Shown: positions 38,559 to 48,788, counted from the stretch's first letter. The stretch is 64,000 nt of DNA from an uncultured Clostridia bacterium (GCA_947588945.1 CANPZY010000001.1:17446-81445), one strand, 5' to 3'. Made by a program: numbers and translations. The notes: generated from the sequence alone by a model not told the origin.

Positions 38559-39536
38559 CTATATTACTAATATTCCTATAACTGAGGCAATAAGTGTTAT
38601 TATGCTAAATGTTGAAACTATTTTATTTTCTTTCCATCCCATCATTTCAAAATGATGATGAATTGGAGCCATTTTAAATAATCTTTTCTTTGTTTTTTTA
38701 TAATATGCAACTTGTAATATTACAGATAATGTTTCTATAATTGGAACTATCGCAATAATAAGTAATAATAATGGTAATTTAAGAAATAGTGAAATTCCTG
38801 CAATTGCACCGCCTAAAAGTAATGATCCTGTATCTCCCATAAATATATGTGCTGGATGCAAATTAAATAACAAAAATCCTAATCCTGCCCCTATTACTAT
38901 ACATCCAAAAATTGTTGTTTCCTTTACTCCCCAAATTATTGAAATTACTGTAAGACAAGTCAAAATTATTGTTGTTATACTTGTTGATAATCCATCTATT
39001 CCATCTGTTAAATTTACTGCATTTGTTGTTCCTAGAATTACTACAATTGCAAAAGGAATATAAATCCAAACTGGCAAAGTTATATATTGTTTTATAAAAG
39101 GTATATAGATGTCTGTTCCATTTTTAAATTGAAATACTAACATTAAAACATAAATTAATGATATTAGGAAAAGTCCAATCATCTTTGTTTTTGGTTTAAT
39201 TCCATCTGTGTTTTTTAATATTACTTTTTTAAAATCATCAATAAATCCTATAATTCCAAATCCTATTGTAACAAATATCATCGGTAATAATCTTGTGGCT
39301 ATTTCTGGTTCATCTGCAGAATAATCAATATATAAAAATGCACTTAACAGTAATGTAGATATTATTAAAATAAGTCCACCCATTGTTGTTGTTCCTTTTT
39401 TTCTAAGATGGCTCTTAGGCCCATCTTCTCTTTCCGACTGTCCAACTCTTAATTTTCTTAATGTAGGTATTACTATTATTGATATGATTACACTAACTGC
39501 AAAGGATAATAGCAATATCTTTATTTGAAAGCTCAT
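38559..39536 (-). CDS. mraY: Phospho-N-acetylmuramoyl-pentapeptide transferase MraY
   Basis: 325 aa, polytopic, with NAVNLTDGIDGL and HHHFE. Confidence 0.95.
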   Translation of the reverse strand: MSFQIKILLLSFAVSVIISIIVIPTLRKLRVGQSEREDGPKSHLRKKGTTTMGGLILIISTLLLSAFLYIDYSADEPEIATRLLPMIFVTIGFGIIGFIDDFKKVILKNTDGIKPKTKMIGLFLISLIYVLMLVFQFKNGTDIYIPFIKQYITLPVWIYIPFAIVVILGTTNAVNLTDGIDGLSTSITTIILTCLTVISIIWGVKETTIFGCIVIGAGLGFLLFNLHPAHIFMGDTGSLLLGGAIAGISLFLKLPLLLLIIAIVPIIETLSVILQVAYYKKTKKRLFKMAPIHHHFEMMGWKENKIVSTFSIITLIASVIGILVI

Positions 39537-39615
39537 TAGTTTTCCCCCTTAAATTCCGGTTAGATTAATCTTAATTTTTATTTTATATATACTTTTTTAT
39601 TATTTCTATTTATTC

Positions 39616-39680
39616 ATCTTTATTTTTTTTATCTTTATTTCTTTTTATTTATCTTTATTTTCTTATATTATCTTTATTTA
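39616..39680. repeat. Short tandem ATCTTTATTT repeats between murE and mraY
   Basis: ATCTTTATTT occurs at 39616, 39631, 39651 and 39670 (period 15-20 nt). It has the same core as the arrays at 38438 and 50497. Confidence 0.7.
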
Positions 39681-41174
39681 TTTGTCTTACTTCTTTCTTC
39701 AATAATCTCATCTATTAAATCTCTTACTATTATTCTTTCATCATAAGGATTTTTCACGTGATTAATTTCTTGATAGGTTTCATGTCCTTTTCCAGCTAAA
39801 ACAATAATATCCTCTTTATTTGCCATCATTATTGCTTTTTTTATTGCTTCTGTCCTATTTACTATACATTCATATTTTCCATTTGTCTTTTTTATTCCTT
39901 CTTCAATTTGTTTAACAATAGAATCAGGATTTTCAGTACGTGGATTATCTGATGTAATTATTGAATAATTAGCAATTCTTCCAGATATTTCACCCATAAT
40001 TGGTCTTTTTCCGCGGATCTCTATCTCCTCCGCAACCAAATACAGATATAACTCTTCCTCGTGTATATGCTTTAACCGCTTGAAGAATACTTTGTAAACT
40101 CTCTGGTGAATGTGCATAATCTAACATTATCGTTAAATCTAATTTATTATCTACAAGTTCACTTCTCCCTGGAACTCTAACTTCTTCTAAAGCTGACTTT
40201 ATATTTTCTGTATCACAGCCTAATCTTTCTGCAACACATATTGCTGCTAAACTATTATACACACTAAATCTTCCTGGTATAAATGTTTTTATTCTTTCAT
40301 TTTTTCCGTTTAACTTTACTCTAAAATCAACATAAGAATTTGTGATTGTAATATCTTTTGCAAGTACATCACACTCATTATCAATTCCATAAGTTTTTAA
40401 ATCACATTCTGGAACTAATTTTGGCAATCTTAATACATTATAATCATCTATATTTATAAATCCAACTGGACACATTTTAAATAATTTTGCTTTTGAATTA
40501 AAGTAATCTTCCATATCTGGATGTTCTTTTTCACTAATATGATCTTCTGAAAAGTTTGTAAATACACCTATATTAAAGTCACATCCATCTACTCTATGTA
40601 ATTTAAGACTTTGTGATGAAACTTCCATAACAACAGCTTTACAATTTTCTTCTACCATTTTTGCAAATAAACTTTGTAATTTTATGCTATCTGGAGTTGT
40701 TCTATCACTATCTTCTAATTTTTTATCTCCAATATACGTTGCAATTGTTCCTATAAGCCCTGTTTTTATACCTTGTCTCTGTAAAATTTCTTTGATCATA
40801 AATGTCGTTGTTGTTTTTCCTTTTGTACCTGTTACTCCTATTAATTGTACTTTTCTTGATGGATTATCATAAAAGTTACAAGCACTTTTAGCCATTGCAA
40901 TTCTTGTATCCGGTGCAGATACTATCGTAACATTTTCTGGTATAATTTTTATAAAATCTTTTGCCCTATCCTCATTTAGTAAAATCGCTTTAGCCCCTGC
41001 TTTTATTGCATTTTCAATGTAGTCATGTCCATCTACTTCAAAGCCTTTTACAGCTATAAATAAATCTCCTTCCTTTATCTCTCGTGAATCACTAGCAATA
41101 TTAGGTATATCAAGTTCTAAATTTCCCTTTGCTTTTAAACCTTGCAACCCCATTAATATATTTTTTAATTCCAT
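39674..41174 (-). pseudogene. murE: UDP-N-acetylmuramoyl-tripeptide synthetase MurE, split by an apparent +1 frameshift
   Basis: ORF 39990-41174 ends ...FGCGGDRDPRKKTNYG*. ORF 39674-40117 continues RGKRPIMGEISG.... The junction reads GAT CCG CGG AAA AAG ACC (plus strand 40006-40019). Removing one A or one C restores the MurE motif GGDRDxxKRPxMG. Confidence 0.88.
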
Positions 41175-41382
41175 AAGTCTTCTCCTTTATGGCTTCGTTC
41201 TTTTTTTTTTTATTCAAGAACTAACAATTTTAAAATATCGTTTTAATTAAAACATTATTTTACTTTTTTATTATATACCTAATATTATGAAAAAAACAAG
41301 ATTATATTCAAATCATTTTTACTTTATTGAATTTTTCATTATATAATTTGTAAAAAATTATTGACTAGTGATTGAACAAAGC

Positions 41383-42657
41383 TTAGTAAATTTCTAATTG
41401 CTGTTTAAATAATTTTCCCCTGCTAGTATATATTTGTAAGTTTTTATTTTTCTTAAGAATTTGTTTTATTTTCCACAAACCTAATCCATGTGAAACTTTA
41501 TCTTTCTTACTTGAAAAGCCTTTTTGATAGATTTTTTTTACATCTATTAAATAATTTTTATATGGGTTTTCAATTATTATTAAATTACGATTATTAAATT
41601 TATCTTTTAAAAATTTTATAGTAATTATTTTTTCATCACACCCACAACTTGCTTCTATTGCATTATCAAGTAATATACCAAGCATTCTACATAAATCATA
41701 ACTAGAAACATTTAGTGAATTCAAGTCAATATATACTTGTACTCTAAGCTCTATTCCACTTTTTTCAGCTAATTTAATTTTATTATTTATTAAATTTAAT
41801 ATTGCTGGATTATTAATAATTTCACTGTTGATGCTTTGTTTATTATTAATTTGCTGACATTCTTTTGATATAGATTTATACATTTTTTCAAGGCCTTCAA
41901 TATCTTTTGCCACAATGTATCCACCTATTCCCTGCATTATGTTATTAAAATCATGTTTGAATGCTCTTACATCATCATAATTCTCTTGAAGTCTTTTATT
42001 GCTTCCCTCAAGATTTTCAATTTCTTCTATTGCACTTTCTTTACTCAAGCTTAATAAAATGCACTTTACTAAAACAGTTAAGTACGCAACAATAAAAAAG
42101 TTTATAAGTAAATAAACATATATGCTCATTTTATTAATATCATCTATTATTTTAATTCTAGCACAAGTTATAACAATAATCGAAATTAAGCTAATTACAT
42201 CAATTTTTATTTTTTCTTTTTCATTTAAGTTTTCTTTGAAATCTAACTTTAGCTTTTTAAAACTTATGATTATATATATAATTGTTTTTATTGCCAATTC
42301 AGTTAATCCAGCTAAAATAAAATTTAAGTTTACAATAATAATACTTTCAGAAACAGTTGTTATTATTAAATTAAATATTATTGATAAATAAAGCTTTTCA
42401 GATTTAAATTTTAAAATCTTATTATACAAAATCAAATCAACAACTAAATTAATAATTTTATAGCAATTAACTGGAAATAAAATTTTTGTGAATAAAGTTA
42501 ATATTCCTTGAATTATAAGTAGTTTTGTTTCATTAATTTTTTTTACATCATCTTTTAATAATTTTATTATTATCTTATTTCCTACTAAAATATTTAGAAA
42601 ATTAAGCAATAAAAATAAAGTTATATTTAATGGATTATATATTAGTTCGTTTAACAT
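41383..42657 (-). CDS. Orphan AgrC/ComD-type (HPK10) membrane histidine kinase
   Basis: 424 aa. Multi-TM N-terminus, H-box FKHDFNNIM, N-box LLDNAIEAS and G-box SHGLGLW. Confidence 0.75.
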   Translation of the reverse strand: MLNELIYNPLNITLFLLLNFLNILVGNKIIIKLLKDDVKKINETKLLIIQGILTLFTKILFPVNCYKIINLVVDLILYNKILKFKSEKLYLSIIFNLIITTVSESIIIVNLNFILAGLTELAIKTIIYIIISFKKLKLDFKENLNEKEKIKIDVISLISIIVITCARIKIIDDINKMSIYVYLLINFFIVAYLTVLVKCILLSLSKESAIEEIENLEGSNKRLQENYDDVRAFKHDFNNIMQGIGGYIVAKDIEGLEKMYKSISKECQQINNKQSINSEIINNPAILNLINNKIKLAEKSGIELRVQVYIDLNSLNVSSYDLCRMLGILLDNAIEASCGCDEKIITIKFLKDKFNNRNLIIIENPYKNYLIDVKKIYQKGFSSKKDKVSHGLGLWKIKQILKKNKNLQIYTSRGKLFKQQLEIY

Positions 42658-42744
42658 TTCTTTCTCCTTTTATTGGTAATATATTCCATATTATAACTTT
42701 ATTTTTTAAAATGCAATAGTTTTTAACAAATTTTGTTAATTTTA

Positions 42745-43536
42745 TTAAAAATATTTTCTAAAATTGTTTTCACCTTTTTCAATTAAATCATTTAATAAAT
42801 CAAGTCTTAGTGGAACTCTATCTGATTTAATTCTATTTAATATATTATTTTTATATTGAGGATATTCAAAACATAAATAATATAACTTTAAGATCTCTAA
42901 TAATACATCTGTCATTATTTTGCCTGACACCTCTTGAGTTGTATTACTATTTTTTACCTTTCTATATGTAAAAAATGGTTCATCTAAATAGTCAAAAGTT
43001 TCGCATTTACACAAACATTCTAAAATAAAATTAACATCTTCATAAGCTGTATATTCTGTATATCTAGTATTTCCTATGATATCTCTTCTATAGCACTTTG
43101 TAGGTCCTGATAAAAATTTTGTATTTTCAATTTTTTCCGCTATAGAACTTTTTTCTTCTTTCTCTATAGATATTTTTCCAAATTCATTTTTAATATATGA
43201 TAAAAATATAACATCTTGTCCCTTAGCTATATTATCTAACTTAGATAATATTTGATTATTTGAAAGAAAATCATCGCTATCTATAAATATAATATATTCT
43301 CCATTAGCATTATCAAGGCCTACGTTTCTTGCTCCTCCCGCACCTTTTCTATTTGTTTGAAAAAATTTAACAGGAAATTCTTTTATAACTTCTACACTAT
43401 TATCTGTACTGCCATCATCAATTACTATAACCTCAAGCTTTTCTTTTTGTATATCTTGATTAAATACACTTTCTAAACATTCTTTTATATAATTTCCTTT
43501 ATTATAATTAGGAATTATAATTGAAAATTTGCACAT
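42745..43536 (-). CDS. Family 2 glycosyltransferase
   Basis: FSIIIPNYNKGNYIKECLESV, DDGSTD and DSDD motifs. Confidence 0.85.
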   Translation of the reverse strand: MCKFSIIIPNYNKGNYIKECLESVFNQDIQKEKLEVIVIDDGSTDNSVEVIKEFPVKFFQTNRKGAGGARNVGLDNANGEYIIFIDSDDFLSNNQILSKLDNIAKGQDVIFLSYIKNEFGKISIEKEEKSSIAEKIENTKFLSGPTKCYRRDIIGNTRYTEYTAYEDVNFILECLCKCETFDYLDEPFFTYRKVKNSNTTQEVSGKIMTDVLLEILKLYYLCFEYPQYKNNILNRIKSDRVPLRLDLLNDLIEKGENNFRKYF

Positions 43537-43551
43537 ATCTTTATTCTCCTT

Positions 43552-44559
43552 CTATAGTATTTTTGCCCATCTTTTTAATGTTTTATCATTTGACCACGTA
43601 AAATCTTTCAAGTTATCTTTGTAAATTTGTTTATTATTAACAATTAAATCAATTTTATCTTCATAACTTTGTATATTATCTCTACTCAAAATTATTCCTG
43701 TTTTATTATCTAAAATCTGCTCATAAGCTACTTCAAAATCTGTTACAATGCAAGGAACTCCTAGAGCTTTAGCCTCTGTTAACACTAATCCCCAAGTTTC
43801 ATTATCACTTAAAAGTGCTAAATAGTCACATTTTTTTATAATATTATATGGATTATCTAAAAAACCTGTAAACACAAAGTTTTCTTTTAATTCTTCATAT
43901 TTATCTCTTATTTCTTTTTCAATATGTTCATAATAGTTCCCACCTATAATGTACCATTTAAAATTTATGTTATGTTTTTTTAATAATTTTGCTAACATTA
44001 ATTGTCTTTCAAAACCTTTTTCATAACAAACCCTTCCTACAGAAACTATATTTAATTCATCTGATAGCTCTAAATCAACGGGTTCATTTGACTTTTCTAT
44101 AATATCCTTAACGTCTATTATATTATATATAACTTTTATTTTATTTTTTATTTTACTAGCATAATCTTGTTTAAGCATTATTTTCTTGCAAGTCTCGCTT
44201 ACTGCAACAACTTCATCTACTACGTCAAAAAATAAATCATCACAAAAAATTGAATCTTCTCTATTTCCAAAATGATGAAACCACAATATAGTTTTATCTC
44301 TTTTAACTCTATCGTTAATTTCTAATGCTGTTTTATAAGGAGAACATAAAACTAATGTATCAATATTTTGTTTATAATTTTCATCAATAAAAACAACTTT
44401 AGCATATTTAGCATATTTCTCCAATAGTTCTTTATTAGATGTTTTATCTGTATATCCTATATATATTTCATAGTCTTTTAAATTTCTTACAAGACTTAAT
44501 ATTGCTATTTCTGTTCCACCAATGTAAAACATTGGTCTAAAAAACATTATTTTTTTCAT
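43552..44559 (-). CDS. GT-B (family 1/4) glycosyltransferase
   Basis: C-terminal E-x7-E-type motif ETWGLVLTEAKALGVPCI. Confidence 0.8.
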   Translation of the reverse strand: MKKIMFFRPMFYIGGTEIAILSLVRNLKDYEIYIGYTDKTSNKELLEKYAKYAKVVFIDENYKQNIDTLVLCSPYKTALEINDRVKRDKTILWFHHFGNREDSIFCDDLFFDVVDEVVAVSETCKKIMLKQDYASKIKNKIKVIYNIIDVKDIIEKSNEPVDLELSDELNIVSVGRVCYEKGFERQLMLAKLLKKHNINFKWYIIGGNYYEHIEKEIRDKYEELKENFVFTGFLDNPYNIIKKCDYLALLSDNETWGLVLTEAKALGVPCIVTDFEVAYEQILDNKTGIILSRDNIQSYEDKIDLIVNNKQIYKDNLKDFTWSNDKTLKRWAKIL

Positions 44560-44854
44560 AATTAAAATTTCCTTTTTATTTATTTTCTTTTAACATCCCC
44601 CAAAAAAGCTGTTTTTATAACATTCTTATTTACATAAATAACATTATAACATTTTTTCCAAAAAAAATAAATATTTTTTGAAAAATATTTTTTGCGACTA
44701 AACTCAAAAAAAGTCGATTTATTTTTTTATTTGTATAATTTTAAATTTTTAAGGATATACTAAAATTATAAAAATGCTATGAACAAAAAAAGTTAAAAAG
44801 CCGTTTTTTTGACAAATAGTATGTTTATAAATTTTAAAGAAAGGATTAATTAAA

Positions 44855-45970
44855 ATGAAAACTAAAACAATTTTATTTTTAATAATATTTTCTGCAATTT
44901 TGCTATTTGTTCCAAGTTTTTGTAATGCCGAAAGTAAAACTGCTAATGATGATACTACATTAAGAAATGCAATGACTCAAGGTGAAGAAGATGTAGAAAT
45001 AACTTTAGAAGGTGATATTGATTTAACTGCTCCTATTGAATTTACAAATAAAACAGTAACTATTAATGGTGGTGGACATACAATATCTACAACTAAAAAA
45101 TTAGCAGATGAATCATGGCCAAAAGTTGGAAATGCTACACTACTTACAGCTGGTACAGAAAATGCAAAATTAATTTTAAATAATGTAAAATTAGAGAATG
45201 CTCCAAAATATGGTGCACAAGCATATAACGGAGGAACTCTTGTATTAAATGGTGTAACTGTATCAGGTTGTGGATATGGTGCAATTATAACAAATGCAGG
45301 TATAGTTGAAGTTGATAGTTTAACTTTAGGAAGAAATGGAGAAAATGAAAATGTTGGTATAGAAATAGCTAAAAGTGCAAGTCTTGGAGAAGGAAAAGAA
45401 CCTAAATTAATAATGAATGGTACTCTTAATTCAGATGAAACAAAAAATGTTGTATATTTAGCAGTAAATGATAATTTAACAACATTTGACGTTGAAAATA
45501 CTGATACTACAACAGATAAAATACTTGTAAACGGAAATACTGTAGTAATTACAGACCCTGAAAATAATGTAAAATTCGTAAGTAATGAAAATTTCAAAGA
45601 AGGTTTAACATTTGAAGGTGATGAATTTGTACCAAACATTACTTTAACTATTCGTGTAATGTATAAAACAGTAGAAACACAAATAATGTCAAATAGCACT
45701 ATATCTATGGATGAACTAAATTCACTAGTAAACTTAGATGAATTAGGTTATGGTGATTATACTTTAGATGGTTTCTATTCTGATGCTGACTTTACACAAA
45801 GTTTCAATTTTGAAACTCCTCTAACTGAAGATACAATAATTTATGCAAAATTAAGTGCAAAAGCTCAAAAAGATGATACTCCAAAAACAGGTGTACAAAA
45901 TTGTGTTGGTTTAGCATTATCTATAATTGCTTTATCTTCATTAGGAATAACAGCATTAAAAAAATATTAA
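44855..45970 (+). CDS. Sortase-anchored surface protein (beta-helix-like region plus Listeria-Bacteroides repeat)
   Basis: Signal peptide ...FCNAES, G/N/T-rich repeats, a Flg_new-like YTLDGFYSDADFTQSFNFETPLTEDTIIYAKL, and a C-terminal TPKTG followed by a hydrophobic stretch and KKY. Confidence 0.8.
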   Translation: MKTKTILFLIIFSAILLFVPSFCNAESKTANDDTTLRNAMTQGEEDVEITLEGDIDLTAPIEFTNKTVTINGGGHTISTTKKLADESWPKVGNATLLTAGTENAKLILNNVKLENAPKYGAQAYNGGTLVLNGVTVSGCGYGAIITNAGIVEVDSLTLGRNGENENVGIEIAKSASLGEGKEPKLIMNGTLNSDETKNVVYLAVNDNLTTFDVENTDTTTDKILVNGNTVVITDPENNVKFVSNENFKEGLTFEGDEFVPNITLTIRVMYKTVETQIMSNSTISMDELNSLVNLDELGYGDYTLDGFYSDADFTQSFNFETPLTEDTIIYAKLSAKAQKDDTPKTGVQNCVGLALSIIALSSLGITALKKY

Positions 45971-45977
45971 TAGCAAC

Positions 45978-46023
45978 TTAACTTTGCCAATTTGATACTT
46001 TAAGTTGGCAAAGTTAAATTTTT
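45978..46023 (+). terminator. Intrinsic terminator
   Basis: 13-bp stem TTAACTTTGCCAA / TTGGCAAAGTTAA followed by a T-run. Confidence 0.7.
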
Positions 46024-46094
46024 ACATACTTAAATTGTTTTATAAAAATTGGTTATAATATAAGTTACATCTTATTTTTGAAGGGAATTTTATT

Positions 46095-46871
46095 ATGAAA
46101 AAAACACTTAAAAATGTTATTATAACAATATTAATAATTGTAATTATTATTTCAATATTATATATAATAAAATATTATTATGATTTAAATAATGCTAAAG
46201 CCCAAACTAATATATTAAATGAAATCCAACTTGATAACTTTATAATTGATGAAAATATTACTAATGCAAATGAGACTAAAAAAACAGAACGAATGCTACA
46301 ACTTGAAGAACTACAAAAGGAAAATAACGAAATAGTTGCATGGATAGAAATTGAAAATACAAATATTAATTATCCTGTACTTCAAGGAACTGATAACGAT
46401 TTTTATATGAATCATGATTACAAAAAAGAATACTCTCTTGCAGGAGCTATTTTTTTAGACAAGTCTTATTCATGGAGTAGACCTAGTAACAATTTGCTAA
46501 TATATGGTCATAACATGAAAAATGGTACAATGTTTGAAAATTTATTAAATTATAAAGATCAAAATTATTTTTTTGAACATCCAAATATAAGATTTACAAC
46601 AAATACAGAAGATTCTATATATGAAATAATCTCTGTTTTTCCTTCAAGAACATATTATAAAAACGAACAAAACGTATTTAGATATTACTTTTTTATAAAT
46701 GCAGAAAATGAAGATGAATATAATGATTTTGTTACAAATGCAAAAAAAGCGTCATTATATGATACTGGAAAAACAGCCAAATATGGTGATAGTTTAATTA
46801 CACTTTCTACTTGTGCATATCATGTTGATGATGGTAAATTCGTAGTTGTTGCAAGAAAAATTAATCAATAA
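46095..46871 (+). CDS. srtB: Class B sortase
   Basis: 258 aa with an N-terminal anchor, YGHNMKNGTMF and the catalytic TLSTC motif. Confidence 0.88.
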   Translation: MKKTLKNVIITILIIVIIISILYIIKYYYDLNNAKAQTNILNEIQLDNFIIDENITNANETKKTERMLQLEELQKENNEIVAWIEIENTNINYPVLQGTDNDFYMNHDYKKEYSLAGAIFLDKSYSWSRPSNNLLIYGHNMKNGTMFENLLNYKDQNYFFEHPNIRFTTNTEDSIYEIISVFPSRTYYKNEQNVFRYYFFINAENEDEYNDFVTNAKKASLYDTGKTAKYGDSLITLSTCAYHVDDGKFVVVARKINQ

Positions 46872-46984
46872 TTAATAAAAAAATAAGTTATAAAATTCCT
46901 ATTATATTAATAATATTTATATAAAAATAATAATTCATAAGGAGTATATTTTCGAATTTTTAAAATTCGTTTATAAATTAAAAT

Positions 46985-48781
46985 ATGATAGGAAAAAAAA
47001 GTATAAAACGAAGAATGAGAAATGCAATGCTCTTAACTCTTTTAGGGCTATGCATTTTATTATTCAGAATTGCATATATTCAATTTATTCAAGGCGGTGA
47101 GCTGAAATTAAAAGCATATCAGCAACAAACATCTGATAGAAGCGTCAATCCTCAAAGAGGAACGATTTATGATGCTACTGGGCAAAAAATTCTAGCCATA
47201 AGTAGCACAGTCGAAACAGTAACAGTAAATCCTACTACTATAGATGAAAAAGAAAAAGTGGCTCAAAAATTATCAGAATTATTTGAATTAGATTATGAAA
47301 CAGTATTAAAAAAAGTTAAAAAACATTCTTCTATTGAAACTATTGTACGTAAAGTAGATAAAGATAAAACAAATGAGCTTAGAACTTGGCTTGAAGAAAA
47401 CAATATACTTCAAGGTGTGAATATTGATGAAGATACCAAAAGATATTACCCATATAATAATCTAGCTTCTCAAGTAATCGGATTTTGTGGTAGTGATAAT
47501 CAAGGTTTATATGGAATTGAAGCAAAATACGAAGACATTTTAAAAGGCACTAAAGGTTCAATTAGTAGAATAACTGATGCCTCTGGAACTCAGATAGATG
47601 ATACATCTGAAGAATATACTGACCCAATAAATGGCGATAGCCTTGTATTAACTATTGACGCAACTATTCAAGGAATTGCAGAAAAATATTTAAAAGAAGC
47701 TTGTATTGACAATAAGTGTACAGATGGTGGAAATATAATTATAATGAATCCTCAAACTGGAGATATATTAGCTTTAGCCGGCTATCCTGACTTTAACTTA
47801 AATGATCCATTTGCCAAAGATGAAAGCTTACCAAAGGAAGAACAATCAAAACAAATGCAAGCACTTTGGAGAAATAAAGCAATTTCTGACACTTATGAAC
47901 CAGGATCTACATTTAAATTAGTCACAGCATCAAGTGCATTAGAAGAAGGTATAACAACCCCTGACAAAGAAGGTGAATTTACATGTATTGGATATATTGA
48001 TGTTGCTGGAGTAAAAATGAAATGTTGGAGATATTATAGGCCTCATGGTAGTGAAAGTTTAAGGCAAGCATTAATGAATTCGTGTAATCCAGTCTTTATT
48101 GGACTAGGTGGAAAAATTGGAGTAACTAAATATTATTCTTATCTTAGAAAATTTGGATTTTTCAAAACAACTGGTATTGATTTACCTGGAGAAGCCGGTT
48201 CAATTTTTCTTGCAGAAGATAAAGTTGGTCCTGTTGAACTTGGAACTATTGCATTTGGTCAAAGATTTGAAATAACTCCAATTCAAATGGTAACAATGCT
48301 TTCTACTATTGCAAATAAAGGAGTATATATAAAACCACACTTAGTAAAAAAAATTATAAGTAGCAGTGAATTTGATGAGAATGGAAATCCAAAAGAAACA
48401 ATAATTAATCCTGAAACTGGCGAACAAGTTATTTCAGAAGAAACATCAAAAAATGTATTAAGTATGATGCAAACAGTAGTTGAAGAAGGCACTGGAAAAA
48501 ATGCAGGTGTTGAAGGATATAATATAGGTGGAAAAACTGGTACATCAGAAGATGGCGTAAATACTGGAAAGTATGTAACTTCTTTTATCGGAGTTGCTCC
48601 TGTAGAAAATCCTCAAGTTGTTGTTTTAGTAACTTTATATAATCCAACTGGCGAAGGTGGTCACCAAGGCGGAGGTGTTGCAGCACCAGTTGGAGGGCAA
48701 ATTTTTAAAGAAGTATTAGAATATCTAAACATTCCTAAAAATGATACAACTCAAAATAGCACCAAAAATTCCAGTCAATAG
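46985..48781 (+). CDS. Class B penicillin-binding protein (FtsI/SpoVD-like)
   Basis: 598 aa. TM anchor, dimerisation domain, and SxxK (GSTFK), SxN (NSCN) and KTGT motifs. No PASTA domain seen. Confidence 0.9.
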   Translation: MIGKKSIKRRMRNAMLLTLLGLCILLFRIAYIQFIQGGELKLKAYQQQTSDRSVNPQRGTIYDATGQKILAISSTVETVTVNPTTIDEKEKVAQKLSELFELDYETVLKKVKKHSSIETIVRKVDKDKTNELRTWLEENNILQGVNIDEDTKRYYPYNNLASQVIGFCGSDNQGLYGIEAKYEDILKGTKGSISRITDASGTQIDDTSEEYTDPINGDSLVLTIDATIQGIAEKYLKEACIDNKCTDGGNIIIMNPQTGDILALAGYPDFNLNDPFAKDESLPKEEQSKQMQALWRNKAISDTYEPGSTFKLVTASSALEEGITTPDKEGEFTCIGYIDVAGVKMKCWRYYRPHGSESLRQALMNSCNPVFIGLGGKIGVTKYYSYLRKFGFFKTTGIDLPGEAGSIFLAEDKVGPVELGTIAFGQRFEITPIQMVTMLSTIANKGVYIKPHLVKKIISSSEFDENGNPKETIINPETGEQVISEETSKNVLSMMQTVVEEGTGKNAGVEGYNIGGKTGTSEDGVNTGKYVTSFIGVAPVENPQVVVLVTLYNPTGEGGHQGGGVAAPVGGQIFKEVLEYLNIPKNDTTQNSTKNSSQ

Positions 48782-48788
48782 TTGGAGA

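Noticed and set aside
44977-45699. 240-aa ORF antisense to the surface-protein gene
   Set aside because: It lies entirely inside, and opposite to, a gene with a signal peptide, recognisable repeats and a sorting signal. Its own product is low-complexity S/F/V-rich with no RBS context, so it is a shadow ORF.
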